Below, piece by piece: positions 9,293 to 18,062 of a DNA stretch of 59,206 nt. Below the pieces are notes generated by a model. It was not told the DNA's origin. It did not search any database and saw only the letters and a program-made list of their open reading frames with translations. Every line of letters starts with the position of its first letter. Positions within the stretch are counted from its first letter, which is position 1. The DNA lies in the NCBI GenBank assembly GCA_030697705.1, contig JAUYPE010000012.1, forward strand, positions 1 to 59,206. Direction: 5' to 3'. This DNA is from a bacterium. GTDB lineage: Bacteria; Patescibacteriota; Minisyncoccia; Sungbacterales; HO2-52-23. The translations under genes and the position numbers were made by a program.

Positions 9293-10222
9293 ATGCCAAA
9301 ACAAAAATTCGCTCTTGCCGTTGATCTGGGAGCTACGAATATCCGTGTTGCCGTCGTGAATGCTGACGGGAAAATTCTTGCGCATGAACGAGCAGCAACA
9401 CCGCACGAGGGTAAAAGCAGCCGTGTTGTAGTGGACCGTATTATTGAGATGGCAAAGCGCGTACTTGAAAAAAATAAAACCTACGGCAAAATCGCAGGTG
9501 TCGGTATCGCCTCATGCGGTCCGCTGGATTATAAAAAAGGAGGGGCAAATCCGGCAAATCTTCCGTTCGATTTTATCCCCCTTATAGAACCACTCAAACA
9601 GGCATTTCATGTACCAACGGTTCTTCATAACGATGCCAATGCTGCCGCACTAGGAGAGTGGCGTTTTGGAGTGGGCAGAGGCAAGCAAAATATCGTTTAT
9701 GTCACGCTCTCCACGGGCATCGGTGCGGGAGTCATTGTGGACGGACACGTGCTCTTTGGCGCGACGGGCAATGCCGCCGAGGTAGGTCACATGACGGTGG
9801 ATACAACCTACAATTTTCCCTGCGGATGCGGGCGGGGAGTGGGGCATTGGGAGGGATATTGCTCCGGTAAAAATATGCCAAAATTTTTTGAACACTGGAA
9901 AAAGCGTGAAAACAAAAAAATTGATTTTTCAGCGCGAACCACGAAACATATTTTTGCCGCGGCAAAACAAAAGAATCCGGTCGCCCTTGAATTTCTTGAT
10001 GTCATCCACCGCATGAACGCCCGTGCTATCTCAAATATTCTTGTTGCGTACGATCCGGAACTTATCACGATTGGTGGCTCGGTAGCGCACCACAATGGCG
10101 CTGTCATTCTTGCGGGAATAAAAAAATATACGGAACACTATCTCAAAGTCCCTCCACTACACATTACTAAACTTGGCGAAGACATCGCCCTCCTTGGTGC
10201 CACCGCAGCAATTTTAAAATAA
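9293..10222 (+). CDS. glk: ROK-family glucokinase
   Basis: N-terminal ATPase motif DLGATNIRVAVV and ROK zinc motif GHMTVD...CGCGRGVGHWEGYCSG. Start taken at the second ATG (the ORF opens at 9278). Confidence 0.85.
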   Translation: MPKQKFALAVDLGATNIRVAVVNADGKILAHERAATPHEGKSSRVVVDRIIEMAKRVLEKNKTYGKIAGVGIASCGPLDYKKGGANPANLPFDFIPLIEPLKQAFHVPTVLHNDANAAALGEWRFGVGRGKQNIVYVTLSTGIGAGVIVDGHVLFGATGNAAEVGHMTVDTTYNFPCGCGRGVGHWEGYCSGKNMPKFFEHWKKRENKKIDFSARTTKHIFAAAKQKNPVALEFLDVIHRMNARAISNILVAYDPELITIGGSVAHHNGAVILAGIKKYTEHYLKVPPLHITKLGEDIALLGATAAILK

Positions 10223-10263
10223 AAAAGGGACGAGCGGTGCAAGACACACTCATCCCTTTATGC

Positions 10264-11079
10264 TCATTCATCGCTCCATACACAGCCAGTCGAGAGACGC
10301 TGATAATACGTCAACGTTCCCCCGGTAGGTCCGTCTTGGTCTATATAGATTCCCTTTCTCTTCACATGCTCGCATATGCCGGGTCCGGAATTCTTAAATC
10401 CAACGCCAATCACGCGCGGGAGTTGCATAACGGAAAGATCGCTACTGTCCGAATCGCCCAAATAGAAAACTTTGTCGTGTTCAGGTAGCGTCTCCAGATA
10501 TGACTCCATGCGTGTCCGTTTTGTGTAATTGCAATGAGTTATGTCTAAAAACTCATATACCGTATCTCGTCCCCGCGACAAGGCATATTCACCCGGAAAG
10601 AACATCTCGCAAGAGCGGCGCACCCAATACTCAACTTCATCCATAGTTTCCGTTACAAACCCCTCTGGATTTGCGTAAAAAGGAGGATTACCGGTCAAAA
10701 GGCATGTGGAGGCGTATCTTTTATTACATTCAAGAACAATATATTTTCCGGAGGGCAGTTGGACATAACCATCTCTCCAAAAAAATCTCAATTGTTCCTG
10801 AACACGTCGGGCAAAGTCATGTGCCTCAAGGGCAACCCATCTGTGCCCATGAACGTCCTGATGGACGGCACCCGACTCCGCCCAATAAAAATCAAGCTCT
10901 ATGGATGGAAGGAAACCAATGGAGGATCCTGTCATGGCGGCAATACGTGTTCCATCATGATAACGCACCGCTTGGATAGCAGAGGTTAATGCAGGAGCTA
11001 TGGGACCTTTCGCATTGCGGAAAATGCCATCAATATCATTAACCACAACAACAGAACCAAGATCAACCTCAATGTGCAT
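10264..11079 (-). CDS. HAD-superfamily hydrolase-like protein with a large cap domain
   Basis: 271 aa with a DxDG-type motif near the N-terminus (VVVNDIDGIF) and a GDSxxD-type motif (YLGDSDSSDL). The substrate is unknown. Confidence 0.55.
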   Translation of the reverse strand: MHIEVDLGSVVVVNDIDGIFRNAKGPIAPALTSAIQAVRYHDGTRIAAMTGSSIGFLPSIELDFYWAESGAVHQDVHGHRWVALEAHDFARRVQEQLRFFWRDGYVQLPSGKYIVLECNKRYASTCLLTGNPPFYANPEGFVTETMDEVEYWVRRSCEMFFPGEYALSRGRDTVYEFLDITHCNYTKRTRMESYLETLPEHDKVFYLGDSDSSDLSVMQLPRVIGVGFKNSGPGICEHVKRKGIYIDQDGPTGGTLTYYQRLSTGCVWSDE

Positions 11080-11209
11080 CTCGCATCTCCTTGATAACGT
11101 ATCGTTCGTTATTCACGTGTAAAAGACCTTAAAAACTTCACTAACCCCTGCCGTGCTTCCTTACATTCATTACTTACCAAAAAGAAACACGGTGAGAGCT
11201 ATGAACACA

Positions 11210-12076
11210 CTACCGCCACTCTTTGATGGCGCGGGCGTAGATGTCGCGGGTGCCAATGTCAAACCACTTGCCTTCAAAAAGATAGCCGTTCAGCTTGCCC
11301 TCCGCCGCAAGTTTGGGAAATACATCCCGCTCAAGCGCCGCCGCCTGCTTTGTTCCGATAGTTTTAAATACCGACGGCTCAAAGCAAAAAATACCGGCAC
11401 TGATGACGCGAGATAATTCTTCATGCTCGCGCGGCTTTTCCAGAAATTGCGTTATTTTCTCTCCGCGCAATTTCGCCACGCCGTAAAATGAAGGGTACTT
11501 GATTGAGGTAAGCGCTACGGTCGCCGTCGCTCCTGCCGCGGTATGATGCGCAATCAAGTCCCGCACATTGATCTCGGCGAGCACATCTCCGTACATCGCC
11601 AAGAAAGGCTTATCGGCAAGCGCGTGTTCGGCATACTGCAAGGCATATGCCGTGCCTATCTCCTTCTCCTTCTGCTCAAGATAGGTAAGGGATACGCCGA
11701 ATTTACCGCCATCGCCGAAGTGTGCCTTGATCTTCTCTCCCAAATGACCGATAAGGATGATTATGTTCCGAATATCGGCATTGCGGAGCAGATCAATCTG
11801 ATGTTCCAAAATCGGCTTACCGCGCACGGGGAGGAGGGATTTAGGCAATTCGTGGGTAAAGGGCTTCATCCGCACCCCCTTGCCGCCCGCCAAAATAAAG
11901 GCGGTTTGGATGCGCGGCTTCATCGTCTGCGTGAGCAGGTACTCCACGGCATGGGAGCGATTGCGAATCCGCTCGCCGTCCACGAGACGGTCTAGGTCGG
12001 CAACGATCGCCTCCTGCAGGGTTATAGTGATGCGGCTTCGTTTCATGGTGAGTATTACGGTATCATACTCTGTCAT
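11210..12076 (-). CDS. sugar-1-phosphate nucleotidylyltransferase with an N-terminal ribbon-helix-helix domain
   Basis: The N-terminus RITITLQEAIVADLDRLVDGERIRNRSHAVEYLL fits a CopG/Arc RHH pattern. It is followed by the NTP-transferase signature AFILAGGKGVRMKPFTHELPKSLLPV. Confidence 0.8.
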   Translation of the reverse strand: MTEYDTVILTMKRSRITITLQEAIVADLDRLVDGERIRNRSHAVEYLLTQTMKPRIQTAFILAGGKGVRMKPFTHELPKSLLPVRGKPILEHQIDLLRNADIRNIIILIGHLGEKIKAHFGDGGKFGVSLTYLEQKEKEIGTAYALQYAEHALADKPFLAMYGDVLAEINVRDLIAHHTAAGATATVALTSIKYPSFYGVAKLRGEKITQFLEKPREHEELSRVISAGIFCFEPSVFKTIGTKQAAALERDVFPKLAAEGKLNGYLFEGKWFDIGTRDIYARAIKEWR

Positions 12077-12194
12077 ACTAAGTCAATCGTATGAAATCCA
12101 CAAGGGTTTTGACGGAAAGTGTAACACGCGGGCAGGACGACAGGTTACGGAATAGGGCGCGCTCTTTATTTTCCGGTTATTTCTCGGTATAATC

Positions 12195-13709
12195 ATGTCC
12201 ATGCATGAGCTTTTGGAACAGTTAAAAATATGGCGCGCCGCGCAGGCCGAGCGCGAGGGTGTGCCACTTTTTCGCATTCTCTCCAATCAAGCGCTCTTTG
12301 ATATCGCTTCGGTACGGCCCCAAACCAAAAAAGAATTATTAATGATAAAAGGCATCAAGGGTAAGAAATGCGAGCGATACGGCACGGCTCTTCTTGCGCT
12401 TATGTGGGAAAATCCTGAGCGATCGCTTTTTTCAGTTACGGCACCGGAACCCGTAGGGGAAGAGACGGAAAATAAAACACTTACCGTGAGTGCCTATCTC
12501 GTACTGCTCAACCGTCATCTCGTGTCGTGCGCCGCCCGTATCCGTGGCGAGGTGAGCAGTGCGGATATTCGCGATAATTATCTTTTTTTCGGTGTGCGCG
12601 ATAAAAACGGTGAGGCGCTCATCAATTGCTTTATGTGGCGGCGCGATTATCTTGTGAGCGGCATTGAGCTTGAGGAGGGGATGGAGATTGTCGTCGAAGG
12701 TGTACCGGAGATTTACGCGCGGAGCGGACGATTGAGCTTTCGGGCTCGATCAATTGAACTTGTCGGTGAAGGAGCGCTCAAACAGGCGTACGACAAGCTG
12801 AAGGCAAAACTTGAGCATGAGGGATTATTCGCGCCGGAGCGCAAGCGCCCGATCCCCGAATTTCCCCAACATATCGGTGTTATTACCTCGCGCACCGGCG
12901 CCGTCATTCATGACTTTCTCAATAATATCGGTCGCTTTGGTTTTCACATCTCACTGCTGGATACGCGCGTGGAAGGGGCGCGCGCCGTTCCCGAACTCAT
13001 ACATGCGCTTCGGCAGTTCCGCACGCATGACCATAAACTGGATACGCTCGTTCTCATACGCGGTGGCGGATCGCTTGAGTCCCTTGTGGCATTCAACAGC
13101 GAGGCACTCGTGCGCGAGATTGTTCGTTTTCCTGTCCCCGTCATCTGCGGTATCGGTCACGACAAAGACGTACCGCTCGTCTCGTTGGCATGCGACCGCG
13201 CCGCCTCAACACCCACGGCGGTAACAAAGATGCTCAACGAATCATGGGAGCGCGCCAGTGCGCGATTGACGCTCGCGGAACGGGATCTCATAAACAGTTA
13301 TGGCGGTATGCTTCTGCATCGTCGAACCGTTATTGACCGAACCACGCGGGTGCTGGAGGGGTGTTTTGCCGCGATTCTGAATCGCTTTGGCGATGCGCGG
13401 CGGCGCATGCGCGAAAGCACGGTGGAACTCGCCCAACACCACCGCATTAATGGCGTGCGGCTTACCGAACGAACTAGTGAACTGTATGCGCGCGCGGGAA
13501 GATCATTCGCCGAAGTGCGCGAGATCATTATGCGCCATGAGCGGGCGCTCGTCGCGGCAAGCCCGGCACGCCAATTGCGGCTTGGTTATAGTATTCTTAT
13601 CAGAGATGGTGTCGTCATCCGCAGTATCCGCCAAATTGCAACGGGAGACCGATTGGACGCTCGCGTTGCAGATGGTATCATACGGACGACGGTGAGCGGT
13701 GTAGAATAA
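12195..13709 (+). CDS. xseA: exodeoxyribonuclease VII large subunit with an N-terminal HRDC-like domain
   Basis: Residues from about 95 onward match XseA (OB fold, then GVITSRTGAVIHDF, IRGGGS). The first 80 aa or so (LKIWRAAQAEREGVPLFRILSNQALFDIASVRPQTKKELLMIKGI) look like an HRDC domain. Confidence 0.88.
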   Translation: MSMHELLEQLKIWRAAQAEREGVPLFRILSNQALFDIASVRPQTKKELLMIKGIKGKKCERYGTALLALMWENPERSLFSVTAPEPVGEETENKTLTVSAYLVLLNRHLVSCAARIRGEVSSADIRDNYLFFGVRDKNGEALINCFMWRRDYLVSGIELEEGMEIVVEGVPEIYARSGRLSFRARSIELVGEGALKQAYDKLKAKLEHEGLFAPERKRPIPEFPQHIGVITSRTGAVIHDFLNNIGRFGFHISLLDTRVEGARAVPELIHALRQFRTHDHKLDTLVLIRGGGSLESLVAFNSEALVREIVRFPVPVICGIGHDKDVPLVSLACDRAASTPTAVTKMLNESWERASARLTLAERDLINSYGGMLLHRRTVIDRTTRVLEGCFAAILNRFGDARRRMRESTVELAQHHRINGVRLTERTSELYARAGRSFAEVREIIMRHERALVAASPARQLRLGYSILIRDGVVIRSIRQIATGDRLDARVADGIIRTTVSGVE

Positions 13710-13951
13710 TGAAACGTATACTGCGTAAAAGATATATGGCAAAAACAAACTTAAGCGAATCCTTGAAACGGCTGGGCGAGATCGTGGCGTGGTTTGACAA
13801 CCAGGATGAGGTTGATGTTGAGAAGGGACTGGAAAAAGTACGCGAGGGAGCTGTGCTTATTAAGCAGAGCCGGACGCGGCTCGCTGAAGTTGAAAATGAA
13901 TTTCAAGAACTCAAAAAGGAGATGGAGGAGACCGAAACGGACGAGGACTAA
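13709..13951 (+). CDS. xseB: exodeoxyribonuclease VII small subunit
   Basis: 80 aa helical protein (LSESLKRLGEIVAWFDNQ..VDVEKGLEKVREGAVLIKQSRTRL) whose start overlaps the xseA stop (TAATGA). An alternative start lies at 13736. Confidence 0.85.
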   Translation: MKRILRKRYMAKTNLSESLKRLGEIVAWFDNQDEVDVEKGLEKVREGAVLIKQSRTRLAEVENEFQELKKEMEETETDED

Positions 13952-14008
13952 GGAACACAACAACCTTTCATCTCCGCAAAACAGGCAATCATACGCAAAA
14001 AAATAATC

Positions 14009-14302
14009 ATGGAATCTTTTCTCAATGCGGATGTCCTCTTTGCGGCGGCGATAGCCGCCGTTTTTCTCGTCGCCGGCATACTCGCACTCATTCTTCTGCA
14101 CTTTCTGCATTTCATCCGTAATGTGGAGGATATCTCGGAAACGGCACGCAGAAAATTCAGACGCCTTGCCGGAGACATTGGAGACATTCGTGGCGATAGC
14201 TGGCGCGGTCGGCGCTCTCTCAATAACTTCATTCTCACCCCTCGTCCCATCACCCATCCGCGGGAAGGAAAGAAACAACTCGGGAGCCATTCCGCGCCAT
14301 AA
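14009..14302 (+). CDS. hypothetical membrane-anchored protein
   Basis: 97 aa with an N-terminal TM helix (VLFAAAIAAVFLVAGILALILL) followed by a charged segment. No family recognised. Confidence 0.3.
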   Translation: MESFLNADVLFAAAIAAVFLVAGILALILLHFLHFIRNVEDISETARRKFRRLAGDIGDIRGDSWRGRRSLNNFILTPRPITHPREGKKQLGSHSAP

Positions 14303-14521
14303 TTGACTAGGAATACCCTCATTGACCCCCCCTTGCGCTCTTCCCCGCAATCGTGTATCATAGAAACAAGTAGGTCCACTCTCAAGAGTTTTCCCTTTGC
14401 GGACAGTGGAAAACAAGCCGGTTGCGGCCCGCTTTTCCCAGCGGCCTGCACAAGTCGGAAACGAAGAGAAAAAGGTCGTCCTACGCAATTTACCAAATGA
14501 CGACAGAACGAATCTACAGTT

Positions 14522-14887
14522 ATGGCTAAGAAGTTATACGTCGGGAATCTCTCGTTCAGCACGAACGATGATTCGCTCCGCAGTGCCTTCTCGCAAGTAG
14601 GAGCCGTTGGGTCGGCTACGGTCATCATTGACCGCATGTCCGGACGCTCACGCGGTTTCGGCTTTGTGGAGATGGAAAACGATGCAGACGCACAGTCCGC
14701 AATCGACATGTGGAACGGAAAGGAGTTGGACGGTCGCACCATTACGGTGAACGAGGCGCGTCCGCTTGAGGAGCGGCCCCCGCGCCGCAATTTCGACCGC
14801 GACAATAACCGAGGAGGAGGCGGTGGTGGCTATGGAGCCGGAGGTGGCGACCGCGGCGGTTACGGTGGCGGACGGAACAGCTACTAA
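14522..14887 (+). CDS. RRM-domain RNA-binding protein with a Gly/Arg-rich tail
   Basis: RNP2 (LYVGNL) and RNP1 (RGFGFVEM) motifs, and a C-terminal GGGGGGYGAGGGDRGGYGGGR tail. Confidence 0.9.
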   Translation: MAKKLYVGNLSFSTNDDSLRSAFSQVGAVGSATVIIDRMSGRSRGFGFVEMENDADAQSAIDMWNGKELDGRTITVNEARPLEERPPRRNFDRDNNRGGGGGGYGAGGGDRGGYGGGRNSY

Positions 14888-14908
14888 TTCATAAAAAAGT
14901 TTTTAGCG

Positions 14909-14944
14909 CCAAAAGCCGCTCCGAAAGGGCGGCTTTTGGTTTTC
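14909..14944 (+). terminator. intrinsic terminator of the RRM gene
   Basis: CCAAAAGCCGC-loop-GCGGCTTTTGG followed by TTTT. Confidence 0.75.
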
Positions 14945-14957
14945 TTACCGCATACGC

Positions 14958-15005
14958 GTGACATAACAAGTTATGCTACGATCGTAGCATAACTTGTTAT
15001 GTCAC
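14958..15005. repeat. perfect 48 bp palindrome
   Basis: GTGACATAACAAGTTATGCTACGA/TCGTAGCATAACTTGTTATGTCAC. Both 24 nt arms are exact reverse complements with no spacer. Confidence 0.95.
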
Positions 15006-15049
15006 TTATCTATTTTACATTTGCATGTCTACCGTCTAGAGTAAAGATA

Positions 15050-15766
15050 ATGCCTAAAAAATATTATGCCTATCTGCTCCCGAACAACGGTACACGCGGC
15101 ATTACCGAAAACTGGAACGAGTGTGAGAAACTGGTTTCCGGAATTGCCAGTGCGCGGTTTCGCGGTTTTCCTCTACGAAAAGACGCCGAGACGTGGCTTG
15201 CCGCTGGTGCGCCGTATGAACCGAAAGTAAAGAAAAAAATGCCCGTAGGAATCTATTTTGATGCTGGTACTGGACGGGGGAGGGGAGTGGAGATAAGCGT
15301 CACGGACGAGAACGGCAAAAATCTCCTCCATGAAGTGCTCTCGCCGGAGAAGATTAATCGTTTCGGCAAGCACTGGATTTTTAACGATGACGCGACGAAC
15401 AACTACGGCGAGCTTTTGGCATGTTTTTATGCTCTGGAGTTGGCGCTACAACATATAGAAAAATTACCTTCCCTTCGTCATGCAGAGCCGCAGGCGAAGC
15501 ATCCCGATACTCTTACGGGATTCCTCCCTCACGGGACGCCTACTGGCGCTCGGAATGACAAGGATTATTTACATATCTCCGGCGACAGCAAGCTCGTCAT
15601 TGATTACTGGTCAAAAGGACTCGTGCGAGAAAAACTCGTCGCGCCCGAGACGATTGAACTTGCAAAAAAAACAGCATACCTTCGTAAACAATTTGAGGCG
15701 CTCGGCGGTACTATCACGCGTATTTCTGGTGATGACAACCCCGCTGATTTAGGGTTTCATAGATAG
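15050..15766 (+). CDS. rnhA: RNase H (type 1) with an N-terminal hybrid-binding (RNase H1 N / caulimovirus viroplasmin-like) domain, carrying an in-frame repeat insertion
   Basis: ORF 14999..15766 trimmed to the ATG at 15050. It has an HBD-like KKYYAY...WNECEKLVSG...FRGF segment, and RNase H acidic residues in IYFDAGTG, NNYGELLA, ISGDSKLV and GDDNPADLG. Confidence 0.8.
   Translation: MPKKYYAYLLPNNGTRGITENWNECEKLVSGIASARFRGFPLRKDAETWLAAGAPYEPKVKKKMPVGIYFDAGTGRGRGVEISVTDENGKNLLHEVLSPEKINRFGKHWIFNDDATNNYGELLACFYALELALQHIEKLPSLRHAEPQAKHPDTLTGFLPHGTPTGARNDKDYLHISGDSKLVIDYWSKGLVREKLVAPETIELAKKTAYLRKQFEALGGTITRISGDDNPADLGFHR
15477..15559. repeat. palindromic repeat element, copy C (short form), inside the RNase H coding sequence
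   Basis: GTCATGCAGAGCCGCAGGCGAAGCATCCCGATACTCTTACGGGATTCCTCCCTCACGGGACGCCTACTGGCGCTCGGAATGAC. The right half is nearly identical to 9219..9271. The central TTTCAGTATACTGAAA module is missing. Confidence 0.78.
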
Positions 15767-15778
15767 CTTTCAGAAAAA

Positions 15779-15807
15779 TTGACAAAAATATCTATACAAT
15801 GTAATAT
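15779..15807 (+). promoter_or_regulatory. sigma70-like promoter (TTGACA-17 nt-TAATAT)
   Basis: Exact TTGACA, a 17 nt spacer and TAATAT, about 60 nt upstream of the 15866 ORF (SD AAAGGAG). Confidence 0.6.
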
Positions 15808-15865
15808 ACGCCATGGCCTTTAGCAGGAGATTCGGTTCAGAGTTCATTTTTCAAAGGAGCGTACG

Positions 15866-16060
15866 ATGTCAGAGTATTTGGTAGAGCGGATGAGAGTTGT
15901 GGTTGATCAGAAAACTGGTAAAACTGAGTTACATCTTCGCGCAGAAGGCGCATCCCTTACGCTCGTGGTAAAATTGTCGAAAGAACAAGGACAGGAGCTC
16001 TACGAAAAACTCCGTGCCGGTTTTTATACCTTTTTGGAGAGTTTCGTAATTCAAAGCTAG
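15866..16060 (+). CDS. hypothetical protein (64 aa)
   Basis: Has its own consensus promoter, an SD and a terminator. No family recognised. Confidence 0.55.
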   Translation: MSEYLVERMRVVVDQKTGKTELHLRAEGASLTLVVKLSKEQGQELYEKLRAGFYTFLESFVIQS

Positions 16061-16080
16061 TGAAGAAAGATAAATTAAAA

Positions 16081-16118
16081 CAGCAGATACGAATCCGCAT
16101 CTGCTGTCTTTTTATTTT
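16081..16118. terminator. bidirectional intrinsic terminator
   Basis: CAGCAGAT-loop-ATCTGCTG flanked by an A-run and a T-run, between convergent genes (the 64 aa ORF and typA). Confidence 0.7.
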
Positions 16119-16138
16119 AGCGAGATAACGAGACCAAT

Positions 16139-17971
16139 TTATAGTCCCAACGCCTTTTTTCTGCGTTCGTCGGCTTTGTCAAGAACAGTTTTCCGCAGGC
16201 GGATGGATTTGGGAGTCAACTCCACGAGCTCATCCTCACCAATATACTCAAGCGCCTCTTCAAGCGTGAGCACGCGGGGCGGGGCGAGGAGAATATTTTC
16301 ATCAGAGCCAGAAGCACGCATATTACTCAACTGCTTGCCCTTGCAAACATTGATGGCGATATCCTCTGCGCGGCTGTTCTCGCCGATAATCATACCGCGG
16401 TACACCTCCGTACTCGGAGCGATGAAGACAACGCCGCGGCCTTCGGCAACATTCAGCCCGAACGCGAGTGCCTTGCCCGCTTCAGACGCCGTCAGGACGC
16501 CGTTGCGGTTGGTCGGCAGGTCCGCGCCTTTTTGTTCAAAACGGAGAAAGCGCGAATGAATCGTAAACGAACCTCGCGTTTTTATAACCAGCGCACTGCG
16601 CAAACCCAAAAGCGTTCGCGTAGGAATTTCATACAAGAATCGTGCGCCGTCAAGGTGGGGAAAGGTATTGATGAGATTGGCGCGCCGTACGGCAAGCTCG
16701 GCAGTAATCGCACCACGGTATGTCTCCGGCACATCTATCACAAGCTCCTCAACGGGCTCAAGCGTTTTGCCGTTTTCTTCTTTGGTGATAACTTCGGGTT
16801 TAGCTATTTCAAGCTCATATCCCTCGCGCCGCATCGTTTCAAACAAAATAGAAAGGTGCAACTCGCCACGACCCGAGAGAAGCAGTTTGCCATTGCCAGC
16901 ACGCTCCATGCGCAAGCTGACATTCGTTTCCAACTCTTTTACAATGCGCTCTTCTATTTGACGCGCCGTCACGAACTGTCCCTCACGACCGGCAAACGGC
17001 GAGGTGTTGGGACCGATAAGAATTTTGAGCGTCGGCTCTTCAATGGCGATTGCTTTGAGCGGCTCGGGTGCGGAAGGGTCGCAAATCGTGGTATTGATTT
17101 TGGCATCCGGTACGCCAGCAAGCGCGACGATATCGCCTGCAGACGCTTCATCAACCTCCGCGCGTTCTAGCCCTTGCGAGACGAACAAGTGCTCAATTTT
17201 TCCGTTCGTTTTACTGCCGTCTTTACCGATGGAGACGACGGGCATGCCTTTTTTCGCGATACCCCGTTCAATGCGCCCGATGGCATAAATACCTTTATAG
17301 TCATCGTAGTCAAGCGCCGTGACGAGCAGGCGAAACGCTCCGTCCGGATTGTTTTTCGGTGCGGGAATCATAGAGAGAATACTCTCAAACAGCGGTTCTA
17401 GCGTGCCTTCTGGCGTGCCTCCGGCAATAACGGCATCATCCGGCATTTTGAGAAACGCCTTGCCTTCGCGGCCGATGGCGTAGAGCACGGGAAAATCAAG
17501 TTGTTTTTCGTCGGTCGCGAGCTCCAAAAAAAGCTCCTGAATTTCACGCTCCACTTCGGCAATGCGCCGGTCGCGCTTATCTATTTTATTGATAATGACG
17601 ATGGGGATGAGCCCGAGTTCCAGCGCTTTTTGCAGGACAAAACGGGTCTGCGGCATCGGTCCCTCCTGCGCGTCTACAAGGAGGAGACAGCCGTCCGCCA
17701 TGTGGAGTGTGCGCTCAACCTCACCGGCGAAATCGGCGTGCCCCGGCGTATCAATGATATTTATTTTCACGCCGCGGTAGGTAATCGCGGTGTTTTTTGC
17801 CAGAATCGTAATCCCGCGTTCGCGTTCCAGCTCGTTGGAATCCATGATAAGATCTTGGCGATAACTGTCTGAGTTCTCGCGGAATGCATGCGACTGCTTC
17901 AGCAAAAAATCAACGAGCGTTGTCTTGCCGTGGTCAACATGGGCAATAATGGCGATATTACGAATATTCAT
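16139..17971 (-). CDS. typA: translational GTPase TypA/BipA
   Basis: 610 aa with G1 [10 protein letters not shown]3 DTPGHADF and G4 NKIDK, and a TypA-like C-terminal domain. Confidence 0.95.
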   Translation of the reverse strand: MNIRNIAIIAHVDHGKTTLVDFLLKQSHAFRENSDSYRQDLIMDSNELERERGITILAKNTAITYRGVKINIIDTPGHADFAGEVERTLHMADGCLLLVDAQEGPMPQTRFVLQKALELGLIPIVIINKIDKRDRRIAEVEREIQELFLELATDEKQLDFPVLYAIGREGKAFLKMPDDAVIAGGTPEGTLEPLFESILSMIPAPKNNPDGAFRLLVTALDYDDYKGIYAIGRIERGIAKKGMPVVSIGKDGSKTNGKIEHLFVSQGLERAEVDEASAGDIVALAGVPDAKINTTICDPSAPEPLKAIAIEEPTLKILIGPNTSPFAGREGQFVTARQIEERIVKELETNVSLRMERAGNGKLLLSGRGELHLSILFETMRREGYELEIAKPEVITKEENGKTLEPVEELVIDVPETYRGAITAELAVRRANLINTFPHLDGARFLYEIPTRTLLGLRSALVIKTRGSFTIHSRFLRFEQKGADLPTNRNGVLTASEAGKALAFGLNVAEGRGVVFIAPSTEVYRGMIIGENSRAEDIAINVCKGKQLSNMRASGSDENILLAPPRVLTLEEALEYIGEDELVELTPKSIRLRKTVLDKADERRKKALGL

Positions 17972-18062
17972 GGAAAATAATAAAAAAGTTCAGCCATTCC
18001 GCCGGCTCTCATTCTCAACAAATCGGGAACAAGAACGGCGGAACGATTGAACTTCGGATGGC

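Noticed and set aside
9215-9406. Small ORFs ending in ...ASRRPVREESR or similar peptides (9215..9406, 55533..55796, 55561..55779, 1452..1679, 44898..45191).
   Set aside because: They are translations of the palindromic repeat elements. The shared peptide reflects repeat DNA, not a protein family.
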